Shown here in pieces: positions 32,526-41,222 of a DNA stretch of 64,000 nucleotides (positions within the stretch are counted from its first letter, which is position 1; the number at the start of each line of letters is the position of its first letter). A program made the position numbers and the translations under genes. The stretch comes from an uncultured Candidatus Binatia bacterium. GTDB taxonomy: Bacteria; Desulfobacterota; Binatia; HRBIN30; JACQVA1. The notes under the pieces were generated by a model. It did no database searches and was not told where the DNA came from. It saw only the letters and a list, made by a program, of their open reading frames with translations. Location: positions 7,827 to 71,826 of the forward strand of contig CAZYMF010000004.1 of assembly GCA_964648215.1 (NCBI GenBank), read 5' to 3'.

Positions 32526-34928
32526 TCACTCGATCAGCCCCGCGCGCCGGCTGGCGGCGAGGGTGTCGATGGTGTCGATGCGGCGGGCGGCGTCGTGGAT
32601 CTCCGCGGCGAAGGCGCGCCGTCGGGCGGCGAGCTCGGCGCCGGCGCCGAGCAGATTGCGATTGCGGGCCAGGCGCAGCGCGTTCTCGAACAGCACCTTG
32701 GAGACCGACTCGGCGCTGCGGATGCGGCGCTGGAGCTGGTACTGCTTGCCCCACGCCAGGCACTTGGAGAGGAAGGCGGTCTCGTCCAACGCGGCGTCGG
32801 TGGGTTGCTGCTGCAGGGCATCGGCGACCACGGCGTAGGCTTCGACGAAGGGCCGCAGCACGCGATGGGCGCTGAAGGGGCGAAAGCGCCGCACCACCGC
32901 CTGGATCTCGGCGGCGCCGCCGGTCAGATGCTGCTCCCAGCCGGGGTCCTGCAAGGTGATCTCCGCGCGCAGCTCGTCGCGGAACTCTTCCTTGTCGGCG
33001 AAGAAGAACTCGAACTTGAGCAGGTCGCGCAGGCGCATGGCCTCGTCCCAGAACTCGAGCTCCGCGTCTGCGGCCGGCCTTGCCGCGACCGTCTCGGCGG
33101 CTTTGAGCAGCGCCAGCTCGGCGATGGCGCCGTTGACGAAGAAGTGAATGATGGTGTTGCGGTAATAGGCCGCGGTCAGGTGCTGGTCGGGGCCGATGGC
33201 GTAGACGGCCTCGGGGCCCTCGGCGAAGCAGGTGACGACGCCGTTCTCGATCAGCGCCTCGAGCGCGCGGCGCACGCCGTCGGGCGTGTCGAGATCGATC
33301 TCGCCGGTGGTGGGCAGGCGGCGCCGGCGGACGTAGTCGAGCAGGTTCTGCAGCATGACCACGGTCTCGCCGACGCTGACGGCGCGGTCGCCGGCGCCGA
33401 GCAACGCCAGCGTCACCAGCGAGGTGGCGGTCATCGGTGTGACCCGGTTGATGCGCACCATGACCTCGAAGGCGAGCTTCTGCAGCGGCAGGTTCTGCTC
33501 GTCGGGATGCGGCTCGGCCTCGGGGTCGGCGGGGCCGATGACCTTGGCCAGCGAGAGCGGCTCGCCGAGGCGGATGTGGATGTTGCCGTAGCGATGCCGC
33601 AGGCGGCGCAGCACGCCGAGGAACCAGCCGAAGCTCTCGCGTTGCTTGGCGCCGCCGCGCTGCTCGGCGACGTAGTCGCCGACGTCCTGGATCTGATCGT
33701 AGGCGATCGAAACCGGCAGGAGGAAGACGTCCTCGCTCTTGCCGCGCCGGTAGGAGTCGACCACGTAGGCGAGCATGCCGAAGCGCGGCGGCAGCAGCTT
33801 GCCCGAGCGCGAGCGGCCGCCCTCGATGTACCACTCGAGCGGGAACCGCTTCTCCACCAGGTAGTCGATGTACTGCCGCAGAACGAACTTGTAGACGGCG
33901 TTGTCCTTGAACGTGCGCCGGATGAAGAACACCCCGCTGCGCCGCAGCAGCGGACCCATGGGAAAGAAGTTCATGTTGATGCCGCCGGCGGTGTGGTTGG
34001 GCGGGTGGCCGTTCTCGTAGAGCGCGTACTGGAGGACGAGGTGGTCGAGGTTCGACTTGTGCGAGGGCAGGAACACCACCGGGTGGCGCTGCGCCAGGGC
34101 GTAGATCGATTCGAGCTGCGCGCGATCGTAGTGCAGCGCCTCGCCGTAGCCGCGCGTGTACATGAAGCGAATCAGGTTGGCCACCAGATCGATGACGTAC
34201 GGGCTGTGCGTGGCGGCGATCTCGCGCAGGTAGCGCGAGGCCTCGCGTGCCACGCGCGCCTCGCTCTTGCCGAGCTCGCGCCCCAGCCGGGCGACGCCGC
34301 CGCGAAAGCCCGGCCGGGCGAGGATGTCCTCGTATACCAGGCGCGGCACCTTGTAACGGGTGCCGCGCAAGCGGCGCTCGGCGCGCTCGAGGGCGAGGGC
34401 GGCCTGGCGGGCGACGAAGTCGGGCAGCCCGGTGGTCTGCGCCAGATCGGTCCCGCCGGCGCGGCGCCAGCGCTCGCGCAGCTCGGAGACCGGCGCCGGC
34501 TCGCCGGCCACGATGGTGCAGCGATCGGGATGGCGATGCAGCGTCCAGCGCTGCCGCAGGACGCCGGGATCGCGCGGATCGCCGAAGGTGAGCAGATCGG
34601 TCAGGCGCACCGCCCGCACGCCGTCTCGTTGCTCCGGTTGCCAGGCGACGCGCAGCGGCGCGAGGAGGGGATCGTCCTCCGTGGCCAGCGCCGCCTCCAG
34701 CCGCGGATCGAGCGGGCGCCGGCGGCCGCGCGACGGGGGAAGCGGGATCTCCTCGAAGCCGCCGCCGTCGATCTCGCCCGGGCGGTGCCGCTCGATCCAG
34801 TCGTGCAGCAGGCGCCGCTCGAGCGCGCTCGAGGCGTCGAGCAGAAACACGACCCGATGCCGTCTTGCCGCCGGCCACTCGGGCTCCTCGGGCGCCTGTC
34901 GCTGTTCGACCGCCACGCCCGCTCTCAT
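32526..34928 (-). CDS. plsB: Glycerol-3-phosphate 1-O-acyltransferase
   Basis: 800 aa. FLPSHKSNLDHLVL (HX4D), GINMNFFPMGPLLRRSGVFFIRR, EWYIEGGRSRSGKLLPPRFGML; PlsB-length architecture. Confidence 0.9.
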   Translation of the reverse strand: MRAGVAVEQRQAPEEPEWPAARRHRVVFLLDASSALERRLLHDWIERHRPGEIDGGGFEEIPLPPSRGRRRPLDPRLEAALATEDDPLLAPLRVAWQPEQRDGVRAVRLTDLLTFGDPRDPGVLRQRWTLHRHPDRCTIVAGEPAPVSELRERWRRAGGTDLAQTTGLPDFVARQAALALERAERRLRGTRYKVPRLVYEDILARPGFRGGVARLGRELGKSEARVAREASRYLREIAATHSPYVIDLVANLIRFMYTRGYGEALHYDRAQLESIYALAQRHPVVFLPSHKSNLDHLVLQYALYENGHPPNHTAGGINMNFFPMGPLLRRSGVFFIRRTFKDNAVYKFVLRQYIDYLVEKRFPLEWYIEGGRSRSGKLLPPRFGMLAYVVDSYRRGKSEDVFLLPVSIAYDQIQDVGDYVAEQRGGAKQRESFGWFLGVLRRLRHRYGNIHIRLGEPLSLAKVIGPADPEAEPHPDEQNLPLQKLAFEVMVRINRVTPMTATSLVTLALLGAGDRAVSVGETVVMLQNLLDYVRRRRLPTTGEIDLDTPDGVRRALEALIENGVVTCFAEGPEAVYAIGPDQHLTAAYYRNTIIHFFVNGAIAELALLKAAETVAARPAADAELEFWDEAMRLRDLLKFEFFFADKEEFRDELRAEITLQDPGWEQHLTGGAAEIQAVVRRFRPFSAHRVLRPFVEAYAVVADALQQQPTDAALDETAFLSKCLAWGKQYQLQRRIRSAESVSKVLFENALRLARNRNLLGAGAELAARRRAFAAEIHDAARRIDTIDTLAASRRAGLIE

Positions 34929-35014
34929 AGCGCGGCCGTCGTCGCGATGTCCAAGGGCCGGCGCGCGGTGCGACTTGGACGCCGGCCGCGCGACTGTGCT
35001 ACGGGAAGCCGCCC

Positions 35015-36448
35015 ATGGGCGTCCACGCCAACCTGACGCGGGAGATCGACGAGGGGCCGGCCGGTCCGCGGATCGGCGCGTTCTTCGACGTCGACCGGAC
35101 CTTGATCGCCGGCTTCTCGGCCACGGAGTTCCTGCGCGACGGCCTGCGCAGCGGCTTGTTCGGGGCGCGCGAGTTCGCCGACGCCCTGGTCACGGCCACG
35201 CGCTTTCAGCTCGGCCAGATCGGCTTCTCGGCGTTCGTCGCCGGCACCGCCGGGATGCTGCGCGGCACGTCCGAGGCCGAGTTCACGCTGGCGGGCGAGC
35301 GCCTGTTTCGCGACCGACTGGCGGCTGGGATCTACCCGGAGTCGCGGGCGCTGGTCGACGCGCACCGGCGCCGGGGCCACACGCTGGCGGTGGTCTCGGC
35401 GGCGACGCGCTACCAGATCGAGCCGCTGGCGCGGGATCTCGGCATCGATCACGTCCTGTGCACGCGGCTGCGCGTGCGGCAGGGCCGTTTCACCGGCGAG
35501 CTGGTGCGGCCGACGTGCTACGGCAAGGGCAAGGCGCGCGCCGCGCGCCGGCTGGCCGCCGCCGCCGGCGTGGATCTCGCGCAGAGCTATTTCTACACCG
35601 ACAGTGACGAGGATCTCCCTCTGCTCGACGTCGTCGGCCGCCCGCGACCGACCAACCCGAATGCGCCGCTGGCGCGCATCGCCGCGCGGCGCGGCTGGCC
35701 GGCGCGGCGGTTCACCAGCCGTGGCACGCCGGGCGTCATGGACGTCGTGCGCACCACCCTGGCCATCGGCAGCCTGGTGCCGTCGTTCGCTCTCGGCCTG
35801 CCGACCGCCGTGCTCGACGGCGGCTGGCGCCGCGCGGTCAACATCGCCACCGCCACGTGGGGGGAGCTGGGCACCGCCCTGGCCGGGATCGAGCTGCAGG
35901 TGACGGGCGAGCAGCACCTGTGGTCGCATCGCCCCGCCGTCTTCATCTTCAATCACCAGAGCGGCGTCGACGTGCTGCTGCTGTGCAAGCTGCTGCGCCG
36001 CGACATGGTCGGCGTGGCCAAGCAGGAGATGCGGCGCAACCCGGTCTTCGGGCCGGCGTTCTCGCTGGCGGGCACGGTGTTCATCGATCGCTTCAACCGG
36101 GAGAAGGCGATCGCCGCGCTCGAGCCGGCGATCGCCGCGCTGCGCCAGGGCCTGTCGCTGGCCATCGCCCCCGAAGGGACGCGCAGCCCGACGCCGCGGC
36201 TCGGGCGTTTCAAGAAGGGAGCCTTCCACCTGGCGCTGGCGGCCCAGGTGCCGATCGTCCCGATCGTGTTCCGCAACGCGCTCGACGCCCTGCCCAAGCA
36301 CGGCGTCGTCGTGCGCCCGGCCACGGTGGAGGTGGTCGTCCACCGGCCGATTCCGACCGCGAGCTGGAACCCGGAGAACCTCGACGGCGAGATCGAAGCC
36401 GTTCATCGCCTCTACCGCGAGACGCTCGAGTTGTCGGGGGCGCCCTAG
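35015..36448 (+). CDS. Fusion of a HAD-IB hydrolase domain and a 1-acyl-sn-glycerol-3-phosphate acyltransferase (PlsC-like) domain
   Basis: N-terminal half: FFDVDRTLI (DxDxT), VSAATRYQI, CYGKGKA, YTDSDEDLPLL. C-terminal half: FNHQSGVDVLLL (HX4D), IDRFNREKA, APEGTRS. Confidence 0.85.
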   Translation: MGVHANLTREIDEGPAGPRIGAFFDVDRTLIAGFSATEFLRDGLRSGLFGAREFADALVTATRFQLGQIGFSAFVAGTAGMLRGTSEAEFTLAGERLFRDRLAAGIYPESRALVDAHRRRGHTLAVVSAATRYQIEPLARDLGIDHVLCTRLRVRQGRFTGELVRPTCYGKGKARAARRLAAAAGVDLAQSYFYTDSDEDLPLLDVVGRPRPTNPNAPLARIAARRGWPARRFTSRGTPGVMDVVRTTLAIGSLVPSFALGLPTAVLDGGWRRAVNIATATWGELGTALAGIELQVTGEQHLWSHRPAVFIFNHQSGVDVLLLCKLLRRDMVGVAKQEMRRNPVFGPAFSLAGTVFIDRFNREKAIAALEPAIAALRQGLSLAIAPEGTRSPTPRLGRFKKGAFHLALAAQVPIVPIVFRNALDALPKHGVVVRPATVEVVVHRPIPTASWNPENLDGEIEAVHRLYRETLELSGAP

Positions 36449-36509
36449 CGGCGCTGGAGCGGTCGACGGGCGGCGGTCTCTTCCGCTATAGCGAGTCTAG
36501 CGAGGTTCT

Positions 36510-37454
36510 ATGGAGCTGAGGCAAATCGCCAAAGACGTGTACGCCTGCCTGCAGGAGGACCGCGGGCTGGGGACGAGCAACTCGGGATTCGTCGACCGCG
36601 GCGGCGGCCTGGTGGTGGACACGTTTTGGGATCTGCCCCACACCCGCGAGCTGATCGCGAACTACGCTCGCGTGTGGAAGGAGCCGGCGCGACGAGTCGT
36701 GAACACCCATCACAACGGCGATCACGCCTGGGGCAATCAGCTGTTTCGCGGCGCCGAGATCATCGGGCACCGTCTCTGCGCCCAGGCCTTCGGCAAGGAA
36801 AAGCCCGAGGCGATGCAGATCCTGCGCAACGCCGCGGGCAGCGACAACCCGGCGGTGGCGGCCCTGGCGCAGTCCCTCTCGGGATGGGACTTCTCCGGCA
36901 TCGAGCTCACCCCGCCGACGACGCTGATCGAGGATCGTCTGGCTCTCGATCTCGACGGCACCGCCGTCGAGCTGCTCTACGTCGGCCCGGCGCACACCGC
37001 CGGCGACGTGATCGCGCATCTGCCGGAGAAGCGGGTGATGTTCGTCGGCGACATCTTGTTCCGCCTGTGCACCCCGATCGGCTGGGAGGGAACCTACGCC
37101 AAGTGGATCGCCGCGCTCGACCGCATCGTCGCCCTGGCCCCCGAGGTGATCGTCCCGGGGCACGGCCCCCTGTGCGGCATCGAGGGGCCCAAGGAGATGA
37201 AGGCGTACCTGCAGTACGTGCGCTCCGAATCGCAGCGGTTCTTCAACGCCGGCCTGTCGGCCCTGGCGGCGGCGAAGAGGATCGATCTCGGTCCCTATGC
37301 CGGCTGGACCGAGCCCGAGCGGCTCCTCTTCAACGTCGAGCGGGCCTACCGCGAGTTTCGCGGCGAGCCCTTCGATGCCCCGATCGACGTGCCGAGCATG
37401 TTCGCCGGGATGTACGAGCTGCGGCGCGGGCGACAGGCTTCGGCCGTTGCCTGA
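36510..37454 (+). CDS. MBL-fold metallo-hydrolase
   Basis: VNTHHNGDHAWGN (HxHxDH), GPAHTAGDVIAHLP, VPGHGP. Confidence 0.85.
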   Translation: MELRQIAKDVYACLQEDRGLGTSNSGFVDRGGGLVVDTFWDLPHTRELIANYARVWKEPARRVVNTHHNGDHAWGNQLFRGAEIIGHRLCAQAFGKEKPEAMQILRNAAGSDNPAVAALAQSLSGWDFSGIELTPPTTLIEDRLALDLDGTAVELLYVGPAHTAGDVIAHLPEKRVMFVGDILFRLCTPIGWEGTYAKWIAALDRIVALAPEVIVPGHGPLCGIEGPKEMKAYLQYVRSESQRFFNAGLSALAAAKRIDLGPYAGWTEPERLLFNVERAYREFRGEPFDAPIDVPSMFAGMYELRRGRQASAVA

Positions 37455-37495
37455 GCGCCGTTCTGGCGTTGCCCGGTTTCTGCTAGTCTCGTGCG

Positions 37496-38167
37496 ATGGC
37501 ACTCTCGGTTCAACTCGACCCGATCGAAGCTCGACTCTTCGCCGTGCTCGTCGAGAAGCAGCTCACGACGCCGGACCAGTACCCGCTGTCGCTCAATGCC
37601 GCGACCAACGGGGCCAACCAGAAATCGAACCGCGATCCCGTCCTCGCCCTCGACGAGGACCAGGTGGCCGAGGGGCTTCATCGGCTGGAGCAGAAGTATC
37701 TCGTGCGCAAGGTCTTCAGCCGCGTCGAGCGCTACCTTCACAACGGCCGGGAAACGCTCAGCCTGGAGACGCCGCAGCTGGCGATCGTGGCGGAGCTGCT
37801 GATGCGCGGGCCGCAGATGCCGGGCGAGCTGCGCACGCGCGCAAGCCGGATGAGCCCGATCGATTCGCAAGAGCACTTGCACCAGCTGTTGCAGCCGCTT
37901 CTGGAAGGCGGCTTCATCGAGCGTCTGCCCCCGTCGCCGGGGGCGCGCGCCGAGCGCTACGTGCAGCTGCTCAGCCCGGGGCTGCACCCGGTGGAGGTCG
38001 CCGCACCGTCCTCCGTCTCCGGGCCGGAAGCGCGCGCGGCGAGCCCGACCACGCCGGCGCTCGAGGCGCGGGTGGTGGAGCTCGAAGGGGAGGTGGCGCG
38101 GCTGCGCTCGCAGCTCGAGACGCTGGCGGCCAAGCTGGGCGAGCCGATCGACCAGCCGGCGGACTGA
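37496..38167 (+). CDS. yceH: YceH/DUF480 family protein
   Basis: LDPIEARLFAVLVEKQLTTPDQYPLSLNAATNGANQKSNRDPV closely parallels the YceH N-terminus. C-terminal coiled-coil LEARVVELEGEVARLRSQLE. Confidence 0.8.
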   Translation: MALSVQLDPIEARLFAVLVEKQLTTPDQYPLSLNAATNGANQKSNRDPVLALDEDQVAEGLHRLEQKYLVRKVFSRVERYLHNGRETLSLETPQLAIVAELLMRGPQMPGELRTRASRMSPIDSQEHLHQLLQPLLEGGFIERLPPSPGARAERYVQLLSPGLHPVEVAAPSSVSGPEARAASPTTPALEARVVELEGEVARLRSQLETLAAKLGEPIDQPAD

Positions 38168-38198
38168 GTCGGCGGGGAGGGCGAACGGCTCGCGTCAA

Positions 38199-38570
38199 TC
38201 AATAAATGCTGCGCTTCTTCGCGCGTAGCCCGCGACGGCTACCGCCCTCTTTGCGGAACGGGGGCGCCGACATTCCGAAGCCGCCGCCGGGAGAGGAGAA
38301 ATCCCCCCGCGGGGCACGCGGCGCGCGTTCCCGCGCTTCGCTGACGTTGATGGTGCGTCCCTGCAGCTCGCGCCCATTCAGCTCGGCGACGGCGCGCGCG
38401 GCCTCGTCCGAAGATCCCATCTCGACGAAGGCAAAGCCCCGCGAGCGCCCTGTGTTGCGATCGGTAATCACGGACGCAGACTCGCAGGTGCCGACCTGCG
38501 TGAAGAAGTCCTTCAGATCCAGACTGGTCGTGTTGAAGGACAGATTACCGACGAACAGCTTGTTACCCAT
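38199..38570 (-). CDS. RRM-type RNA-binding protein with Gly/Arg-rich tail
   Basis: KLFVGNLSF (RNP-2) and RGFAFVEM (RNP-1). Confidence 0.9.
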   Translation of the reverse strand: MGNKLFVGNLSFNTTSLDLKDFFTQVGTCESASVITDRNTGRSRGFAFVEMGSSDEAARAVAELNGRELQGRTINVSEARERAPRAPRGDFSSPGGGFGMSAPPFRKEGGSRRGLRAKKRSIY

Positions 38571-38695
38571 TACCTGCTCCTTGGTCTCCAGACCGAATTG
38601 CGCCGTCGACGACGGCCGTTGCCGTGGTGGCGGTGTAGCCGGTTGAGGCGCGTTGGCGCGCCCCCATCATGTGAGGGGATGCAATCAGAAACTCC

Positions 38696-38725
38696 TTTAT
38701 AGCAATGCGAAGGCGATCCGTGCAA
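38696..38725 (-). promoter_or_regulatory. Candidate sigma-70 type promoter for the RRM gene
   Basis: On the minus strand: TTGCAC (38725-38720), 18-nt spacer, TATAAA (38701-38696). Located in a locally AT-richer patch. It would give a structured leader of roughly 120 nt. Confidence 0.4.
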
Positions 38726-38832
38726 TGGGGGTGCAGCCATTTTCCGCTTGGGGGACAGAGTATGGCCGGCGGCAGCTCGGCTGGTGACGCAGGCGCCAGC
38801 TTCCGACCGCGCATGACCGCGCGGGAGACCTG

Positions 38833-41139
38833 ATGCCTGGCTTACCGGACACGGAGGTGGCGGCCCCCTTCTTGCGACTGCTCGAGCAGCGCGCGCCGCG
38901 CCCGCTCTCGATCCAGGAGATGGCTCGTTTGCTCGAGCTGCCGCGCTACGACCGGCGCCGGATCCGCGAGGCGCTCGAAGCCGAGGTGGCAACGCGCAAG
39001 CTCCGCCGCATCGGCAAGACACGCTACCAGTGGATTCGCGACCTCGAGCGCGCGGCGGTGCCGCGCTCCCGCCGCGCGACCGGGTACGACCGCGACGGCG
39101 CTCGGCCGAGCGCGGCCGCTCGGGTGGAGGGCCGCTATGCCCGCGTGCGCGCCGGCTACGGTTTCGTCGAGGTGCTGGGACGCGCGGCGCACCGGTTTCC
39201 GCGCGACATCCTGATCCCGGCGGGGATGGAAGGCGACGCGCTGCACGGCGATCGGGTGGAGGTGGAGATCGTTCGCCGTGATGCGCGCCAGCACCGCGTT
39301 GTCGGTCGCGTCGCCGGCGTGACCGGCGCCGTACACGAGCAGGTGATCGGCACGCTCGAACGCGAACGTGGTCGCTGGCGCCTGCTGCCGCACAGCGAGC
39401 TGCTGCCGCCGGTGCTCCTGCTCACGGCCGCCGGTGGCGCGGCGCCGCGGGCGAGCGATGCCGGTCTGGTCGCCCTCGCTCGCCTGCGCCGTCCAGCGAC
39501 CGCCCCGGGCGGTCTGGCGGGCGAGCTCGAGCGCGTCCTCGGCCCCGCCGACGATGCCGAGGTGCAGTTCCTCGGTATTGCTTTCGAGCACGGTCTGCGT
39601 GTCGACTTCCCGCCGCAGGTGCAGGCCGAGGCGGAGGAGCTGCCGTCCGATCCCGGCGAGGGTGACCTGGTCGGCCGCGAGGACCTGCGCGCGCTGCCGT
39701 TCGTGACCATCGACGGCGAGACGGCTCGGGATTTCGATGACGCGGTCTGTCTCGAGGAGGCGGCCCAGGGCGGCTGTCGGCTGTGGGTGGCGATCGCCGA
39801 CGTGTCGCACTACGTGCGCCCGGGCACGGCGCTCGACGCCGAGGCGGCGCGTCGCGGCACCAGCGTGTACTTCCCCGATCGCGCCATCCCGATGCTGCCG
39901 CCCTCGCTGTCCAGCGGCCTGTGCTCGCTCCAGCCGGAGCGCGATCGCCTCGTTCTCGTCGCCGAGATGAGCTTCGATCGTTTGGCGCGCCGGCGCCAGG
40001 CGCGATTCTACCGCGCGGTGATTCGCAGTCGCGCGCGTCTGACCTATGCCCGGGTGGCGGCGGTGCTGTCCGACGTCGAGACCGGGGAGGTCGCGAAATG
40101 GCGCGGGCAGCTGCAGTCGCTCGTCGACCAGCTCCGGCGCATGCGCGAGATGATGATCAAGCTCTACCGCCGTCGCGTCGAAGCGGGATCGCTCGACCTC
40201 GACCTGCCCGAGGCGCTCGTCGACCTCTCGGAGGAGGGACGCAGCATCGGCGTGCGCCTGTTCCGGCGCAACGATGCGCACCGCATCATCGAGGAGTTCA
40301 TGCTGGAAGCCAACCGCGCCGTGGCGGCACATCTCGAGGCGCAGCAGCTGCCGTTTCCCTACCGCATCCACGAGCCGCCCAACCCCGAGGACATCGACGA
40401 CCTGAATCGGTTCCTGGGCGCCTTCGGGTTCCACGTCGACTACCAGGGCCGGGTGCAGCCCGAGGACGTGCAGCGACTGTTGACGCAGCTCGAGGGCCAT
40501 CGCCTGGCCCGCGTGCTGTCGCGCCAGGTCCTGCGCTCGCTGACCCAGGCGCAGTACAGCACCCGCAATGCCGGCCACTTCGGCCTCGCCTTCCCGATCT
40601 ACTGCCACTTCACCTCGCCCATCCGGCGCTATCCCGACCTGATCGTCCACCGCCAGCTCGGCCGTCTCTTCGACGGCCACCTCGAGATTGCGCGCGCCGA
40701 CGCCGAAGCCATCGAGGGGGCGAGCGTGCAGAGCTCGCAGGCCGAGCGCGAGGCGATGGAGGCCGAGCGCGCCATGCTCGATCTGAAAAAGGCCGAGTTC
40801 ATGCTCGACCATCTACTCGAGCCCGAGCCGGGGACGATCGTCTCCGTCACCTCGTTCGGGTTCTTCGTCGAGCTCGACGCCTACCCGATCGAGGGCCTGG
40901 TGCGGCTGCAGGATCTGGAGGACGACCGCTACGTCTTCCTCGAGGAGGAGCGTGCCCTCAAGGGGACGCGCAAGGGGAAACGGTTCCGCCTCGGCGACCG
41001 TGTCGAGGTCGAGGCGATCGACGTCTCGCTGCGCCGGCGGGAGATCGACTTCGCGCTGCTCGAGAGGTTGGCCCCCGCCGTGACGGAAGCCGGCGGGAGT
41101 CGTGCGCCGGCGCCGAAGCGCCGGCGGCGGGGGCGCTGA
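38833..41139 (+). CDS. rnr: Ribonuclease R
   Basis: RNB domain FVTIDGETARDFDDAV, YFPDRAIPMLP, HFGLAFPIYCHFTSPIRRYPDL. C-terminal S1 domain GTIVSVTSFGFFVELD and a basic tail. Confidence 0.9.
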   Translation: MPGLPDTEVAAPFLRLLEQRAPRPLSIQEMARLLELPRYDRRRIREALEAEVATRKLRRIGKTRYQWIRDLERAAVPRSRRATGYDRDGARPSAAARVEGRYARVRAGYGFVEVLGRAAHRFPRDILIPAGMEGDALHGDRVEVEIVRRDARQHRVVGRVAGVTGAVHEQVIGTLERERGRWRLLPHSELLPPVLLLTAAGGAAPRASDAGLVALARLRRPATAPGGLAGELERVLGPADDAEVQFLGIAFEHGLRVDFPPQVQAEAEELPSDPGEGDLVGREDLRALPFVTIDGETARDFDDAVCLEEAAQGGCRLWVAIADVSHYVRPGTALDAEAARRGTSVYFPDRAIPMLPPSLSSGLCSLQPERDRLVLVAEMSFDRLARRRQARFYRAVIRSRARLTYARVAAVLSDVETGEVAKWRGQLQSLVDQLRRMREMMIKLYRRRVEAGSLDLDLPEALVDLSEEGRSIGVRLFRRNDAHRIIEEFMLEANRAVAAHLEAQQLPFPYRIHEPPNPEDIDDLNRFLGAFGFHVDYQGRVQPEDVQRLLTQLEGHRLARVLSRQVLRSLTQAQYSTRNAGHFGLAFPIYCHFTSPIRRYPDLIVHRQLGRLFDGHLEIARADAEAIEGASVQSSQAEREAMEAERAMLDLKKAEFMLDHLLEPEPGTIVSVTSFGFFVELDAYPIEGLVRLQDLEDDRYVFLEEERALKGTRKGKRFRLGDRVEVEAIDVSLRRREIDFALLERLAPAVTEAGGSRAPAPKRRRRGR

Positions 41140-41222
41140 GCCGGTTCCGCGCCCGGTCCGATGGCGTGCGTCGGCGCATTCTTTCCCTTCTCTAGGGGGT
41201 TGGATCTGGTAGGGTAGGACCC

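Noticed and set aside
32494-34878. Upstream ~795 codons of the 1226-aa ORF 31198..34878(-)
   Set aside because: It is an out-of-frame overlap of plsB (same strand, different frame) with R/A/P-rich sequence. The cyclase domain and its TM region begin after the plsB stop.
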